A stretch of DNA of 64,000 nt from Balanoglossus misakiensis (Eukaryota; Animalia; Hemichordata). A program made the position numbers and the translations under genes. The stretch's first letter is position 1; every line of letters begins with the position of its first letter. The notes beneath the pieces are model-generated. The model searched no databases. It was not told where the DNA came from and worked only from the letters and a program-made list of their open reading frames with translations. Location of the stretch: the NCBI GenBank assembly GCA_040954595.2, contig CM082597.2, positions 10,075,778 to 10,139,777 on the forward strand, in the 5' to 3' direction. Below are positions 36,429 to 49,900 of this stretch, one piece after another.

Positions 36429-38631
36429 GGCCAAAAAAAAAAGAGTTTTGTTTAGCGTCCTCGCGCGCGTCACTTTTAAACATGCGCGTCGAGGCTTTCT
36501 TTTCGTAATTTTCGAACCCGGAAATCAACTCAGTGTTTTCTCCAGGACGCGCGATCGCGCGATTCCCCCTCTTTTACACTTGAAGCGCCCCTTGTAACAA
36601 CTTCAGGGGGCGACAATCGCCCCTTCGTGAACAGCCCACCCAGCCAGTACATGCGCGTCCAAGCCTCCATAGCAGGCAACGTCAGTCAAAGCACTGGGAA
36701 AACGGCCGATATAACTGTGTGTTGGCCTATACATTTTAACTTCCCACCCCCCCAAAACTATGTTGTAGATGACTTTCACATTCAATTACGTGTTATTTAG
36801 CTCCAGGGCTATAGTGTGCAATTGTTGGAACAGCCTATCTGAATACCGTCTAAATTTAGAGCACACACTCTGCAATCAAGTGAACTTGTTGTTATGGCGA
36901 CTTTTGAAATTGGGTTGGCAGAACGTAACAATTTTATGCAAATTAAAGAAACTGTGTTCCTGCCATGGCGATTAATATCAAGAATGTATCAGTTTTCCAT
37001 GACCTTGTTTTCTTACTTAGGAAGGAAAGTCATTCAATATGTACAGAGACTGTTTATTTGAGTAGTGTGCCTAGCCACAGATGGAGAAGTGTAGGCAGAA
37101 ATCTAAAGGAATATATACCACTTCAATTTATTTAACTATTAATGGTTTCACAATCTAATTCTTTACTATCAATCACGTGATCTGGCAATGTGTCCCATGG
37201 CGCTGTCATTTCCAGGTGACGGGCAAGCAATATTTCGGCATCTAGTAAAAGTTTTTCCGAGTATGTTTTTACTTTAGAACCGCCAAATACGTAACATGTA
37301 TCGGGTATGTTTCCTCATCAGCCTCATGGTGTTTCGTCTGCACAGTCTTTGTCTGTACCACGTAAGTCCACGTTGCTGAAGTTGCCCGTCATCTGGAAAT
37401 TTAAATGCGAACGCAACTGCCCCCTGAGCGCGTCTGACGTCATTTGATAGCGAAGAATATTTTGGCAGCTAAACAAGAAATTTTTTTCTCAGGTATAAAA
37501 TTAAAGAAAGACACTATTGTTTTTGCAGTTGCATTTATTTTATTCATTTCACTCTACTTGCCAGGGGAGCAGTTAATCAGTCACTCTCCTACCACTTGTG
37601 TAATTAATTTCAGGAGAGTTATTTTCAGCTCTCCAGCATTTTTTAAATTACATGCCCTGAAAGTTATGCAAGCTGGTGTCTTCCTCTGCAAAATCTACTA
37701 ATTTAAAGCCTCAGTATTTCTCGTAGGGGCAAAATTTTGTTTGAAATGGCATCTATAATTTCTAAAAGTAGATGATAATTGATACTGAATCGAACAGTCA
37801 TCATCCCCAGCTCTGCTCATAAACTCATACAATTTACAATATAACGAGTGAAGAATGACTTTCTGTCCGGACAGAAAGTCAGGCTTTGTTGACACACGTG
37901 ACTAGTGCGCATGCGCACTCAAATGTGAATCTATGCGGAAGAGGTTTGGTCGCCCCAAATCAAGCGACTCAGCGAAGAAATGCGCACTAATTCGGCGAAA
38001 TTTTGGGAAGATAACTTTATGGGAAAATCAGTCGATGGAACCAGATCAAATCCGAAAGTGGTCTGACCATCAAATGTCAAAGTGGCGCATTTGCTGATCG
38101 ACATGTACAACATTTCCCTTGTAAACAAACCCGCGCATCATTTCAAGTGTTACAGGCAATATTTACAGCTTGCACGTAGCTACAGTTGCCCAAACCTTTC
38201 TTGTATCTTCATTATGTAGTATTCCATGATGAATGTACAGGAAAAACGGGCTTTTTTCGATGATGAAAAATGGATACACACGAGAAATACTGGGGCTTTA
38301 AAGTAGAAAAAACTGTAACTGTTAATGTGTTGTCAAGTTCACATGTAAAATGTTGTTATTTACTTATGCTGTTTTTAATATGGAATTAGGCAGTTAGTAA
38401 GTTAACGTTCAAAATTGTCATTCCTTGATGTTTACCTAATTAACATAAATTATGCAAATCATGATTCCCCCCTACTTTGACCAAATCCCCCCTTAATTTT
38501 GGACTATTAAAGAAATATTTGCTGTTCTTGTTTTGCAGAAAAAAAAAAAAAAAAAAAAAAAGAAGCTGCGTCACCGCGTCAATTTTGAGATTTTGCTTGG
38601 ACGCTAAACAAAACTCTTTTTTTGGGGGGCC
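36429..38631. mobile_element. PIF/Harbinger-like non-autonomous element (TAA TSD)
   Basis: TAA|GGCCAAAAAAAAAAGAGTTTTGTTTAGCGTCC ... GGACGCTAAACAAAACTCTTTTTTTGGGGGGCC|TAA. Confidence 0.75.
37707..38297. mobile_element. Kolobok-like MITE nested in 36429-38631
   Basis: TTAA|AGCCTCAGTATTTCTCGT ... ACGAGAAATACTGGGGCT|TTAA. Confidence 0.75.
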
Positions 38632-39694
38632 TAAATGTAGTTTCGTGATAAAGGGTAGTGTGTTTCAAACTTGTTATGTCTGTCCTCACGTAGTTCATTG
38701 TACATGCTCACTTGCGAGGAGATTTGTCATGGTAGTCAGGTGGAGATTTGAGAAATTGTGACCCCCCTCTGGCATTTTTTTGTACAAGCAAACCAAATAT
38801 GTTTTTGGTCAATTCGACTACGCTGATTTCGAAAATGCCTGTTCCCAAAAGATCTTTTTAAGATAAGAGCCTCGTTTTGGCAAATCAAATATGGCCGCCA
38901 AGGATCGCAATTCTCACATGAATAGCATCAAAGAAATGTTCACGTACCTCCTTAAACAATGAAAATAAACTACATGTTTACATCAACAACTTTTTTGGTC
39001 GTATAAACACAAAATAGCAACAATAAAACAATAATTATGCAAAAATTTGCATATTGTATGAATAATTCGTTGATTTTCGGCTAACAAATAATAATAAAGC
39101 TAGGTGTAACAGTACATGTACTGAAAACTCACAACCATTGGAAAAAATTACCTTTTCTTTATTTTAATAAAGGACTTAAACCTTGTTCAAAACAATACTT
39201 CAAGTGTGAAGTTCATTTTGAGGTAAGAGCCTGGATGTGGCAATTCAATATGGCCGTCTAAAGCCCTGGTATTATTAACACATAGGGAAGTTTTGCGAAT
39301 CCTTCAAACGATATCTTTTGTATTTTTACCACATGGATTATATAAAACACTTACGGAAAACACCATTTTAAAAGGGTTATTCAACTCTAAATTAAAATAA
39401 CGTTATTTTTCTTTTAGAAACATTCTTGAATCTTATAAAATACGCTTCAAACTTGGAGAACATTTTTGAGGAGCTTCGAAGTAGCGATTCACTAGGCCAC
39501 CCGAGACCCTTTAAAGAAAAAAATGTTTGTTTCACTCAGTAGATAATTAAATTAATTTATGCGAACAACAAAACAAATTACACTAGCAGTGGGTAATCGT
39601 AGTCCCATGTCCAGCAACAATTGGAAACGGGCATCTTTCTCCAGTTTTTAGTTATCAACAAAATATCGTCGAATAAAAAATGATATGTAACTAA

Positions 39695-40114
39695 GGCCAG
39701 AGAGAATAAAAATCTTGTTCATCGGATTTTTGGGACCAAGTTCCAGGAGTGGCGAGCGAATATTTTTTTTAAATTTTTTTTTTAGGCTGAAGGTAAATGC
39801 GGTTCTCTGGCATATTTGCACAAATGCAGACAAGGCGAGATAATTGTTTCCCTTTTTACCAGAAATATCTCAGACAAAAACGCTGATACATGTACTTGTA
39901 ACTGAATTCCATACTATATTTCCCAACAATAACATAGGCCATTACATTTACAGTTGGTGTTTGCACAACATATTCTGGCCACCAGCGCCAGTACTAAGAA
40001 TTTTGTAACGCGGAAGTAGTATATTTGCCAAGATCCAAAAAAACAAACACATTTCCAAATCAGCCAGAGTAGAAGCGGCGATTCCGATGAACACTTTATT
40101 TTTTCTTCCTGGCC
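39695..40114. mobile_element. Harbinger-like MITE (TAA TSD)
   Basis: TAA|GGCCAGAGAGAATAAAA ... TTTATTTTTTCTTCCTGGCC|TAA. Confidence 0.6.
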
Positions 40115-40836
40115 TAACATTCTTTTTTATAATGTTTCATTTCATGGCAAGTAAGTCTATCTTTTTACCTGTAAAAATAAAACTATGTGCCTGTTTCACT
40201 GGATCAAAGACGGCTTTCTTGAGGAAGATAATACCAAGATCATATTTTCACGATCTTTCAAGTACCCTTCTATTTACACAAAGCAGATCCCTTCCATGGT
40301 CATTACACTTGCATGCCTCGATGCAACACAATTTTGATTTACGGCATTTACAACGCATAGTTCTGCAACCTGTTTAGCACTGGCAAGTTATCATTTCCAT
40401 GCAGCTTTCTGGTATTGGACTGTTGCTCATCAAAATTGGAGTGTGTTCATGTCCTTCACGTTTCCATCCATTATAGCTGGGTGAAGCCAGATTCGGTTGG
40501 GCACAATTTGCCTTTTTCCATACCATACTTTGGTAATGTGACCGCATGATATGGAAATGGGGAGCATCACCCATTGGAGGCAATGCTTCTGGCTCATTTG
40601 ATCTTGAGAAAAGAAAACATTGTGCCTCGTTAACTGTAGAAATGTTTTCTGGAACACAATAAATTCTGCATAGAAATTTCTCAACGTCAGCAACTTTGTT
40701 TTGTGTCAGATCGCCTTCCCCTAGTCCGTCCAAAAGTTCATGGTGTCGTTTGAAAACCTCCCACATCGTCTTCTTTGTGTGATTAGCTATGTATAACGTC
40801 GTGTCACAACCTGTCAATGCATGAAATGGTAAGAGG

Positions 40837-42534
40837 TTTTTAGGTCCCATTGGTTTTTACCATGGGACCTTATAGGATCGGTTGCGTCTGTATGTATGGA
40901 TGGATGGATGTATGGATGGCGATGGATGTATGTCTGTATGTCCGTCCACATCAAAAACTTGAAAACCGCTGCGCGTATAACCTCGATATTTGGTGTGCAG
41001 ATGCAGGCTGGGCTGTAGATGGGAGTTTGTTGAAATGAAGTTGTCATTGCCAAAAATATGCAAATTAGCTGGAAAAATGTGAATTTGGTCAAAACTCTGT
41101 AACTCAAGAACTACTGGTCAGATTGCTTTGCAAAGTGGTGTGTATTTACTTTATTGAGTTGTTTTAATTAGGCAGGAACTCCCTCCTGTGTTTCATATAA
41201 ACACAGCAAATTCCTGAATGATTACATAACTGGCTAAGTTTTATAGAGGCCAGCTGTTCTATTTAAGGCGGAACGCTCGGTAGGGCCCTACCGAGCAAAA
41301 ATCAATAAAATGTGGGCGTGGCTAAAGCTCTGACGCCACTATATATTGTTACAACAATTGACCTCAAATAGGCATCCCGCGCCCGCCAAAAGCAAACACA
41401 TCTCTATACCCACGCGATCCAGCTAGTTCTTACGTACCTGCGGAATGTGTTGTCAGCTGAATCTATCATGTCGACACGAATTATCAAGATAGCGGTCACT
41501 GAAGAGCAGGAGAAAGCACTGGCAATTTTCTCTGCCGAGCTTTCGGTCATCGACCGGCACATAAGTTCACCTGCTGCGACCGCGGGGGTTAGTACCGTGC
41601 GTGGTATCGGCTACCGGCGAGTTTGATGCGGGGGACACTGCCGGTCTATCGGATCATGATCGGATGCAGCAGCCGTCGAAGTAAACACCGTGCCCATGAG
41701 CACATCGGCTTCCGTAGATTCGGTCAACTCCTGTGAATTTTGTTTTTGTTCGCAATGTGTTACCACAGTATAGGCAGTCTTGGCTAGTCCGTGGTCTCTA
41801 CCCGAAATTTACCCGGTGTTTCTTACGTTGGGCATAAATGCTGATGAGGCTTTCCCCTCTTCACTTTGTACGGTTGGTACACAAATACAAACAGTCCTTT
41901 TTAGGACCAACACAATTTCCAAGAAGAGAACTATCGATTTTATGGATGTGTGCATGTTCATGTGTGATAAATTTGGTATGATCTATCATCATATCCCCAT
42001 TTTCAGGTCTCGCACACTTTGCAATCAACGCAAATGTATCAATGGTGCCCAATATTGATAAATTTGCATAATATGTCAATCACGCAGATTCAAACTGAAC
42101 ATCGTACCGATATACTGGTCATATCTCGGTGACAAAATGATTTCATCTTCGGTTTTCGAAAGTATTTTCAAATTGTATTACACCAGAAACCGCGGATGTC
42201 GTGCTTAATAAACTCATGCACTCCTTTTTGAATTTAGAGACAAAAAAAATCATCGGTAGACCTAAATTTACTGGCTATTATGGACAACGTCCGTTCTGTT
42301 GTTAGTGAGTTTGAATCTCCCACCTTTATGAGAAGTCTCGCCCTTTTATACGGGAGTTGGGGGTTTTAGTGTATGTACAGTACATATGGCATTGGCAGCT
42401 TATGGGTCAGTCAGTGTTTGCCCATTGATCTCTCTCTATGTGTGTGTCTGTCTGTATATGGCCATGTACTCCGGTGTAGACTTTTTCTTGTGTAATCCCT
42501 CAATGGGACCGCCGTGTCCTTGACGCGATTTTTT
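40837..42534 (+). mobile_element. Complete HINE-like element carrying a ~1.1-kb internal insertion
   Basis: Colinear with 35281-35888 except for extra 41264-42363; T-runs at both ends; same 3' stem-loop. Confidence 0.85.
41264..42363. mobile_element. Truncated Kolobok-like remnant inside the HINE
   Basis: Begins TTAA-GGCGGAACG; degenerate coding remnants MSTRIIKIAVTEEQEKALAIF and CEFCFCSQCVT; no right TIR seen. Confidence 0.4.
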
Positions 42535-42761
42535 ATCAAACCTGGTGACAACCTGTTGCGTATCTATTTTATGGGTATGTATTTGGGCTTCTTACTTGTT
42601 CCAGCGTCCATCCATACTTCTGTCGATCGACTGCATCTCTTGTGCATGCGAAGCAACAGGAGGACATCTGTGTCTCTGGCTTTAACAATGGTTGTGTCAG
42701 CATCACTGTGTATAGCATGCAGGATAAGACGTGTATCTGCTTCCTCATGTGATGCCCTTAA

Positions 42762-43255
42762 AGGCACGTAAGCTGCAACTGGATAAAAAATTAAAGTTTT
42801 AAATAATCTCATATATGCTTTTAATTATGTCTATTAAATGCTATTTCATGATAATATATCAAGCTCAACACTTATTTATGACAAAATGGCCAAAAATTAA
42901 AGAAAAACGAAACTTCCTGCAATTTTTAAAAAAGTGCGATATTGCAATGAAAAATGAAAATATGATGTCTCAGTGGTGTACATTTACTTCCATGAGCTCA
43001 AGTGGATGAGATCATGTTTTGTTTATGAAGTTTCACAACCGGAAATGCGACATTTTCATTGTTTGTTGCATTTGCCCACGGTGACGGCCATAATAGCTTA
43101 CGGCAAAGCTTTATTATTTATCTGGTTAAAACTTGCATATGCACTCATATTTAGGGTTTATAATGCTTGTGTATTGTTCACTGCCTTCATCTGCATGGAC
43201 TAATGGTAGTGCAGTTTGAAACAAAAATTATGAAAAGGTTACAGCTTACGTGCCT
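42762..43255. mobile_element. Kolobok-like MITE (TTAA TSD)
   Basis: TTAA|AGGCACGTAAGCTG ... CAGCTTACGTGCCT|TTAA; interrupts the Academ-like ORF just upstream of SHEEADT. Confidence 0.85.
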
Positions 43256-43284
43256 TTAACGCATGTATATTGTCTTATCACATA

Positions 43285-45080
43285 CAGACCCGCCAATAAG
43301 TATTTACGCACCCACGTTCCGCAGTCATAACATTTCAGAAACATGAAATAACACACCTTGTAGACAGTTTTTAGCGAAAATTCAAAAATATTTAATAAAT
43401 TCACGAGAAATAACAGTAGTACAGCAAAAATCTTTCATGTGTGATTAAATTTGAGCGAAAAATATCGACGTAAACATAGATATGCGACGGAGTCGGCGAA
43501 ACGTTCCATTCTCTATGGGAACAACAATGCAAAGAACCTTATGAATATTCATGAGGTGAAATCGAACGTAACAACTATCAATAATGGGTATGTCCACCCC
43601 TTCTCCTGATGACCTCTCGCAGGCGCTTGGGCATAGTGTCGACGAGTTTCCGACACATATTTTGCTGGAATTGTTCCCAAGATGTTACAATGCGGTCAAA
43701 CAGGTCGTCGATGCTGTGAATTGGACGGGAATGAACGTCCAAGTCGATTAACTCCCACAGGTTCTCGATGGGGCTCAAATCTGGAGACTGGGCTGGCCAC
43801 TCCAAAGTAGTGAAATTGTCGAACGGGTAGCCGTAATCCGTAATCCTGGGGATTTTGTAAAAATGATTTCACATCCAAGGCAGTATGTACGGGGGCATTG
43901 TCCTGCTGGAACACAAAATCGGGCCCGACGAGTCTCAAAGCCGATGGTAGCATTTCGTTTTGCAGTACGTCCAAGTACTTCCAGCGATTCATGGTGTTCT
44001 CGACTCGAACGAGCGAACCCACACCTGCAGCCGAGAAACAACCCCAAACCATGACACTGCCACCACCAAACTTTACTGTGGGACTGATACAGTCAATTTC
44101 GTACTCCTCGCCGGGTCGCCGTCTAACGAAAACTCTCCCTCGGCTCCTATACACGGTGAACTTAGACTCGTCTGACCAAACAACCCGGGACCACTGAACA
44201 GGAGTCCAGTTGACGTAACGCCGGGCGAAACGTAGTCGCGCTGTGATGTGCCTGGGTTGTAATTTCGGCTTTTTCTTGGCCACACATCCACGGAGTCTGG
44301 CTCCTCTATACAATCGAGACTTGATAGTGCTCATACTCAAAAGTTTCCCGGTGTCCTCATGAAACTTAGTGCGGAGGTCACGGGCCGTCTTGAATCTGTC
44401 CGTCAGACTTGATCTAATCAACATTCGGTCTTCCCGTTCCGTTGTTCGCCTTGGCCGTCCAGATCGAGGTAAATTGTCCGTGCTACCATTTTGAGCAAGT
44501 TTCTGAATATTGTACCTGACGCTGCCTTCGGTGATTCCAAGCTGCCTTGCGATTTCCCTGTTCCTCAAACCTTGCCTATGCAGTGCCTCAATTTGACCTT
44601 TCACAAATTCAGGAAGTTCGCGAACTTTGGGCATGGTTTCATTGATCCAATGTTTACAAACAAAAATTATGCAGCAACCTCCGACGACCTCGATCAGAAT
44701 ATTCATAAGCAAGTCTGGCAGATTTTCCCGCCCCCAAATTTAATCGGAATTATATTTAAAAGCTTTGATTGGTGGATATTTAAATATGAATAGAGGGAAA
44801 TTAGCCACGGAAACAATGGCGCGAAAAGTTAATGAGATGCAAATGATATGTTAATGAGTATACCGCCATTGCAATAACCATAGGAATTTTCACTGGCCGG
44901 AAAACTCGCCGCGTATGCAGTCAAATTCGGCGCGGCAACACATCTGTGTTGACTTAAATGGGTTAAACCTTCCGTAGGTTATTTATTTTCGGAAATAAGT
45001 TACACTCGATCGATTTTGTGAGTAATTTTTCATGTCAAACGTACATTTTCAAGGTGCGTAAATACTTATTGGCGGGTCTG
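43285..45080 (-). mobile_element. Full-length Tc1-family DNA transposon (1796 bp)
   Basis: 28-bp perfect TIR CAGACCCGCCAATAAGTATTTACGCACC; TA TSD at 43283-43284 and 45081-45082. Confidence 0.95.
43578..44634 (-). pseudogene. Tc1-family transposase with one frameshift (7-bp tandem duplication)
   Basis: Paired-like HTH, RSGRPR, WSDESKF, GGGSVMVWGCFS, FQQDNAPVH, WPAQSPDLSPIENLW, GGHTHY; ccgtaat duplicated at 43831-43844. Confidence 0.93.
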
Positions 45081-45763
45081 TACATAGCCCCAAATATACC
45101 ATGTAGTATGACATCAGACGTAGGTAAATTTGCACCAAGCGTTATTGTAATACCCATCCCTCTGACGTCACCAAACGGAACTATTTTAAACTTGTAAACA
45201 AAGTCCTCTTAGGGCGAAAAAATTCAGTGCAATTGTTGGTTTTATTTCGATATTAAAAAATAAGCAAAGATAAATAAAATGTTTTGTATGTGTAAATATG
45301 GACGATCGACGATTAGTTTTACCTGTGTACATTTTTATCGCACCAACCGGCACCAAAACTGTCGCGAGGTCGTCAGTGCTGAGCCAATGTCGTCGCGTTG
45401 TCGAACGAGCGACAGTTACAAAACTGAGTATTCGCAAAAATTTTGATGCGACGATTAGAGCAAAACGGTCTAGTCATAAAGCAAAAGGCATAAGAAAGGT
45501 TTCCTGCTCCAGTGAAACCTCGACGGACGATGAAATCCAGCTGACGCACGACAGACGGGTCCTCGCCAAAACCAGAATCGTCCAGGTCGTGACCTGAGTC
45601 ACCTGACAGATAGACCGCATAACATCGATCTTCAATTTTGCACAAAATAGTTTTATCGCAGCCACAAAGAGATTTATTTGAAAATCAAAATGAGCGGATA
45701 TATGTATGTGATAAACATATAATTCCCCCGTATTCCTCACTCGTGTACCTGCGTCGCAAACTT

Positions 45764-45832
45764 GTGATTCCCTGTATAGCTGTATCCCTCGCCTGCGGCT
45801 CGGAGGGATACGGCCGCTATACGGGGAATCAC
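45764..45832. repeat. Imperfect hairpin with CTCGCCTGCGGCTCG core (Crypton-like terminal motif)
   Basis: gtgattccctgtatagc...gctatacggggaatcac around ctcgcctgcggctcg; family assignment from memory only. Confidence 0.35.
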
Positions 45833-46952
45833 TCATGGCAGCACTGGATGCAGTTCATTGCAATTCAACTTCTCAATTTCTTCTCCCTTCAGAAACTGGT
45901 AGGTCTTGACCCAAGGATTTCCCGGCATGATATAGTGATGGATTTCCTCTGTCAGACGCCAGGAGACATCGACACACCAGTCATCAAAGCTCCCAACGGT
46001 AAAATACAGCATGTGACACCATCAGAGAAGGCAAGATGGTTGGCACACCAACAACAGCAAGACAGCAAAAGCAAAACACAGTGAGTACAGCTTGATTTCA
46101 TTTGTGCTATCAGTGTACATGAATAGTTTGAAGTGTAAATGTAAGACTTTCTGTACTTAAAGGCTGGTGATTGTGTTATACACATGTGTGTAATTTCATG
46201 TGTACAAATATTACGTTCAATCCAAATGTTCTGCAAATTTTGCGTTCGATGCATTCAAATAGTGGACTGCCTTTGCTTCCTTCCATATTTCATGCACGCA
46301 GAAGGAAACTTAATAAGTTTTTCACCCAATTTGCTGTCTTTTTCTGATCTCCAACACAGATTATGGTCACTGCCATCTTGTCTGTTGTAATAGGACAGCA
46401 CATGCCTTATGGCATTGACTTTGTACAATTTTTGTAACCAGAGTCTCATGTTGTTGGCCAAAGAGTGCCCACATTTGTCAGATAGGCTACAGTGTTGCAG
46501 CCAGACTGCGCCCTTGCGACAATATCCCCAAAACTGAAGCCACGGGCGTACTTTCTGGCATACTGCGGGTCACCACGGGCGCACTCTGAGTGTAAAAATA
46601 GCCGGCGCTAACACACATTGTTTCCTGATAACTGATGGGTGTACGCGTACAAAGAGATTCACTTGTCACAGTTTATGACCTTACGACCTGTAATCGATAC
46701 TGATAACATCTTCATAGCAAAGTTGTAGCAAACTTGGTTTAATGTTGAATTTGATACAGTTTACATACACGCAGCCACCCTCTTGGGAATTGTAATAGTA
46801 ATACACTGCGATATCACGCCTATATATCGGACTCAGCTGTGCAGGCAGTGAACTACCGTGACTCCAATTGCTTCTGAAACCAACTCCTTCCATGAGTACC
46901 AACAGTCTCAGTTTTGTTGCAAACCCTCCCATTGAACTTTTAATGTAGATTC

Positions 46953-49900
46953 TATAGAATCGTGGGTGGGTAGAAATGACAACACGAGATACACCAAGTC
47001 CGGCATGTAGGAGTGAGTGAGTGCCTAGCCTCGTTCACGCACTTTATTTACAATGACCTGGATGTTGCATTACGTCATTTACAGAATGCATATAGATGCT
47101 CAATAGTGTTTGGACACTACATCCCTTCCCATCTGAATATAATGGACGTGTCATGAGTAATACTTCAAATGTCACTTGTATGATATGCCAGCTAGGAACA
47201 ATCTTAAACACGAACACAATAAAGAACAATAACTCAATGTTCAATTCAATAAAGATTGTCTGTTCAAACAAAGTCAACTGCTGCATAAACAATGTTCTCC
47301 AAACGATACGGAGCAGGAAAAACTGTAGGGGGAGAGGTTACTAGCACTTCACCCCTTAGGTAGATCCTCAGCATCCACCTTGACCGATCGCACATAATCC
47401 TTCAGATAAGAGGGTGGTCTGCGATTCCGTTGTGGACGGTTGCAATGTTGACTGCTAATACAATCTGGTGAAGATGGTTTCAGGTCCAAATCACTGAATT
47501 CCAAGTCTTCCGCTATTCCCTCAAGTTCTGGGTTGTCGGCTTCAACCTTGTGGTCGTCTTTCAAAATCTTGAATCGAGAAGAATTTCTGGTTACTGTATG
47601 ATCACCTTTCGAGGCTGTAACCATGGATACTTTCTTGTCTATCACTCGATATGGTTGCATCAGGTAAGGTGTAGTATCCTTCTTGATGTATCCCTCACGC
47701 TTGACTAAGACAGTATCACCTACGTTGATTTGCTTCTTTTGGATGGTTTCACGTTCGTCAGCATACGCTTTCATTTGTGCTTTTCTTTCCTTGTCGCGAA
47801 GACGTAGATCACTATCTTCTGGACGTGTTGCAGTGTACTCTGGCAAACGTGTTCTCATTGGTCTGTTGAATAGTACTGTAGCTGGGGGTATTCCTGTCGT
47901 GGAATGTGGTGTGGCCCTATAGTTGCGTAGAAATCTGTACAGCTGCTGGCGCCACGCCTTTCCTTCAACATGCGACGTACGATATATCTTTTTGATGGTG
48001 CGCATGAATCTCTCCACTTCCCCATTGGCTCGTGGCCACCTAGGTGTTATTCTCCGATGCTTGAAACCTAGATCTCTGGCAAAGGCTGCGAATTCATCGC
48101 TGGAAAATGGTGGACCATTGTCGGAGCGCACGACCTTTGGTACTCCAAACGATGAGAATATGCAGTCTAGCTTCGGCATCACTGCTGCTGATGACGTAGA
48201 ACTGATGATCTCAACAACAGGATATCGGTTACAACTAGTAGATATTTGCCATTCGGTAGGTCGCTGAAGTCGACGCTGACTTCCTCCCATGGACCACTTG
48301 GTAATTCTGACATTCTGAGAGGTTCTCGCTTGGTCTCCACGTTGGTCAACTGACATGGGATACACATGTTGACGGTTTCTTGCACCAAGCTGTCAATCCC
48401 AGGGAACCATACTTTCTCTCTCAGGAGCTGTTTTGTTTTCACAACCCCCTGGTGCCCCTCATGTGCTATGTCTATAATCTGTTGCTGCAGTGATTCAGGG
48501 ATTATGATGCGTCTCCCTCTAAGTATCAGGTCGCTTGACGGTAACACAGGCAGCTCTTTGCTCACCATGTGCAGACTGTGCAGAGCCTTCTTGTCTTTCT
48601 TGCTCATAGGCTGTGACAGTACTTTGTCCCAATGACCTGTTTGTTTGGCTATGATGCATGACTGTAGTATAGGATCAGCCTTTGTCGCTTTCTGGACATC
48701 TTCAATCTGTACAGATTTTGGTGTAGCATGATGCACTATGCTGTTTATATGTTCTTCAGCAATGCGTTCCTCTCTGCTGCTGGGTCTGGTGCATGGCAAC
48801 GGATGGCGAGACACATAGTCTGCCGGGTTCAACTTGCCGGGACGATATGCCACTTTGAAGTTGTACTGTTGCAGCTTCAAGATCCAGCGTTCAATTCTGG
48901 CTGGTGGCTTTGAGGTCGGTGTATTAAACAGTGGTACCAAGGGCATGTGATCAGACATCACACTGAAGCTGTGCCCATATAGGTATAGGTGAAAGTGAAG
49001 TATGCCCCACGTCACAGCAAGTGCTTCACGTTCTATCTGTGAATAGCGCTGTTCCACTGCTGTTAGTGATCGGCTGGCCAGGGCAATCACTGATGTACCA
49101 CCATCACCATTTTGCTGAGTGAGGATGGCTCCGAGCCCCACCGGGCTAGCATCTACCAGCACCTCTGTGTGTTTCTGTGGATTGAAGTATGCCATCTCAC
49201 AGTTGTTTGTTAAATATTCCTTCCTTTATCTTTCTGAGTGCTTCTTTCTCTCGTTCGCCCCATTGCCATGGTTTACCATTCTTGGTTAGTTCACGTAGTG
49301 GTCCGGATATGGTTGCCAAATTTGGAATGAACGGAGCGCAGTAGTTAGCCATTCCGAGTAGACTTTTTACTTCTGCTGCATTCTTCGGTTCGGTTGCTTC
49401 CTTCAGTGCTTTGACTTTCTTTGGGTCAGGCGAAATTCCTCCACCACTGAATACGTGACCAAAGAATACCACTGTGCTTTTACTGAACTTGCACTTCTGC
49501 CTGTTCAAAGTTATGTTTCTTTCTCGCAATCGCTTCATGCAGGCTTCAAGGTTTGCGTCGTGGTCGGCTTGGTCTCGACCATGCACTAGAATATCATCGC
49601 TTATGTTGAGAACTCCATTGATGCCCTGTAGTGATGAGCTTATGATATTTTGGAATTTCTCAGCTGCTGAGCACACACCAAAGCTAAGCCGTTTGTATCT
49701 AAACAATCCTATTTGCGTTGAAAACACTGTAAGGTGACGAGACTCTGGTGCCAGCTCAATCTGGTGATAGCCTGCGTTCAAGTCGAGCTTCGAAAATACA
49801 GTTGCTCCGTTCAGGTCAGCAATTACATCATCTAGTGTTGGTGTGATGTGACGCTCTCTCAATATGGCCTTGTTTGCAGCTCGCATGTCAACACAGATGC

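Larger units (their letters stand above)
40248..42757 (-). pseudogene. Academ-like transposase C-terminal XPG/PIN-like nuclease and Cys-rich finger, split by a HINE
   Basis: SHEEADTR..DTDV (42535-42757) joins in frame to LLPFHALTGCDT..LPP..NGW..CQC*TGCRTMRCKCRK..CCIEACKC (40248-40836); in-frame stops present. Confidence 0.75.
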
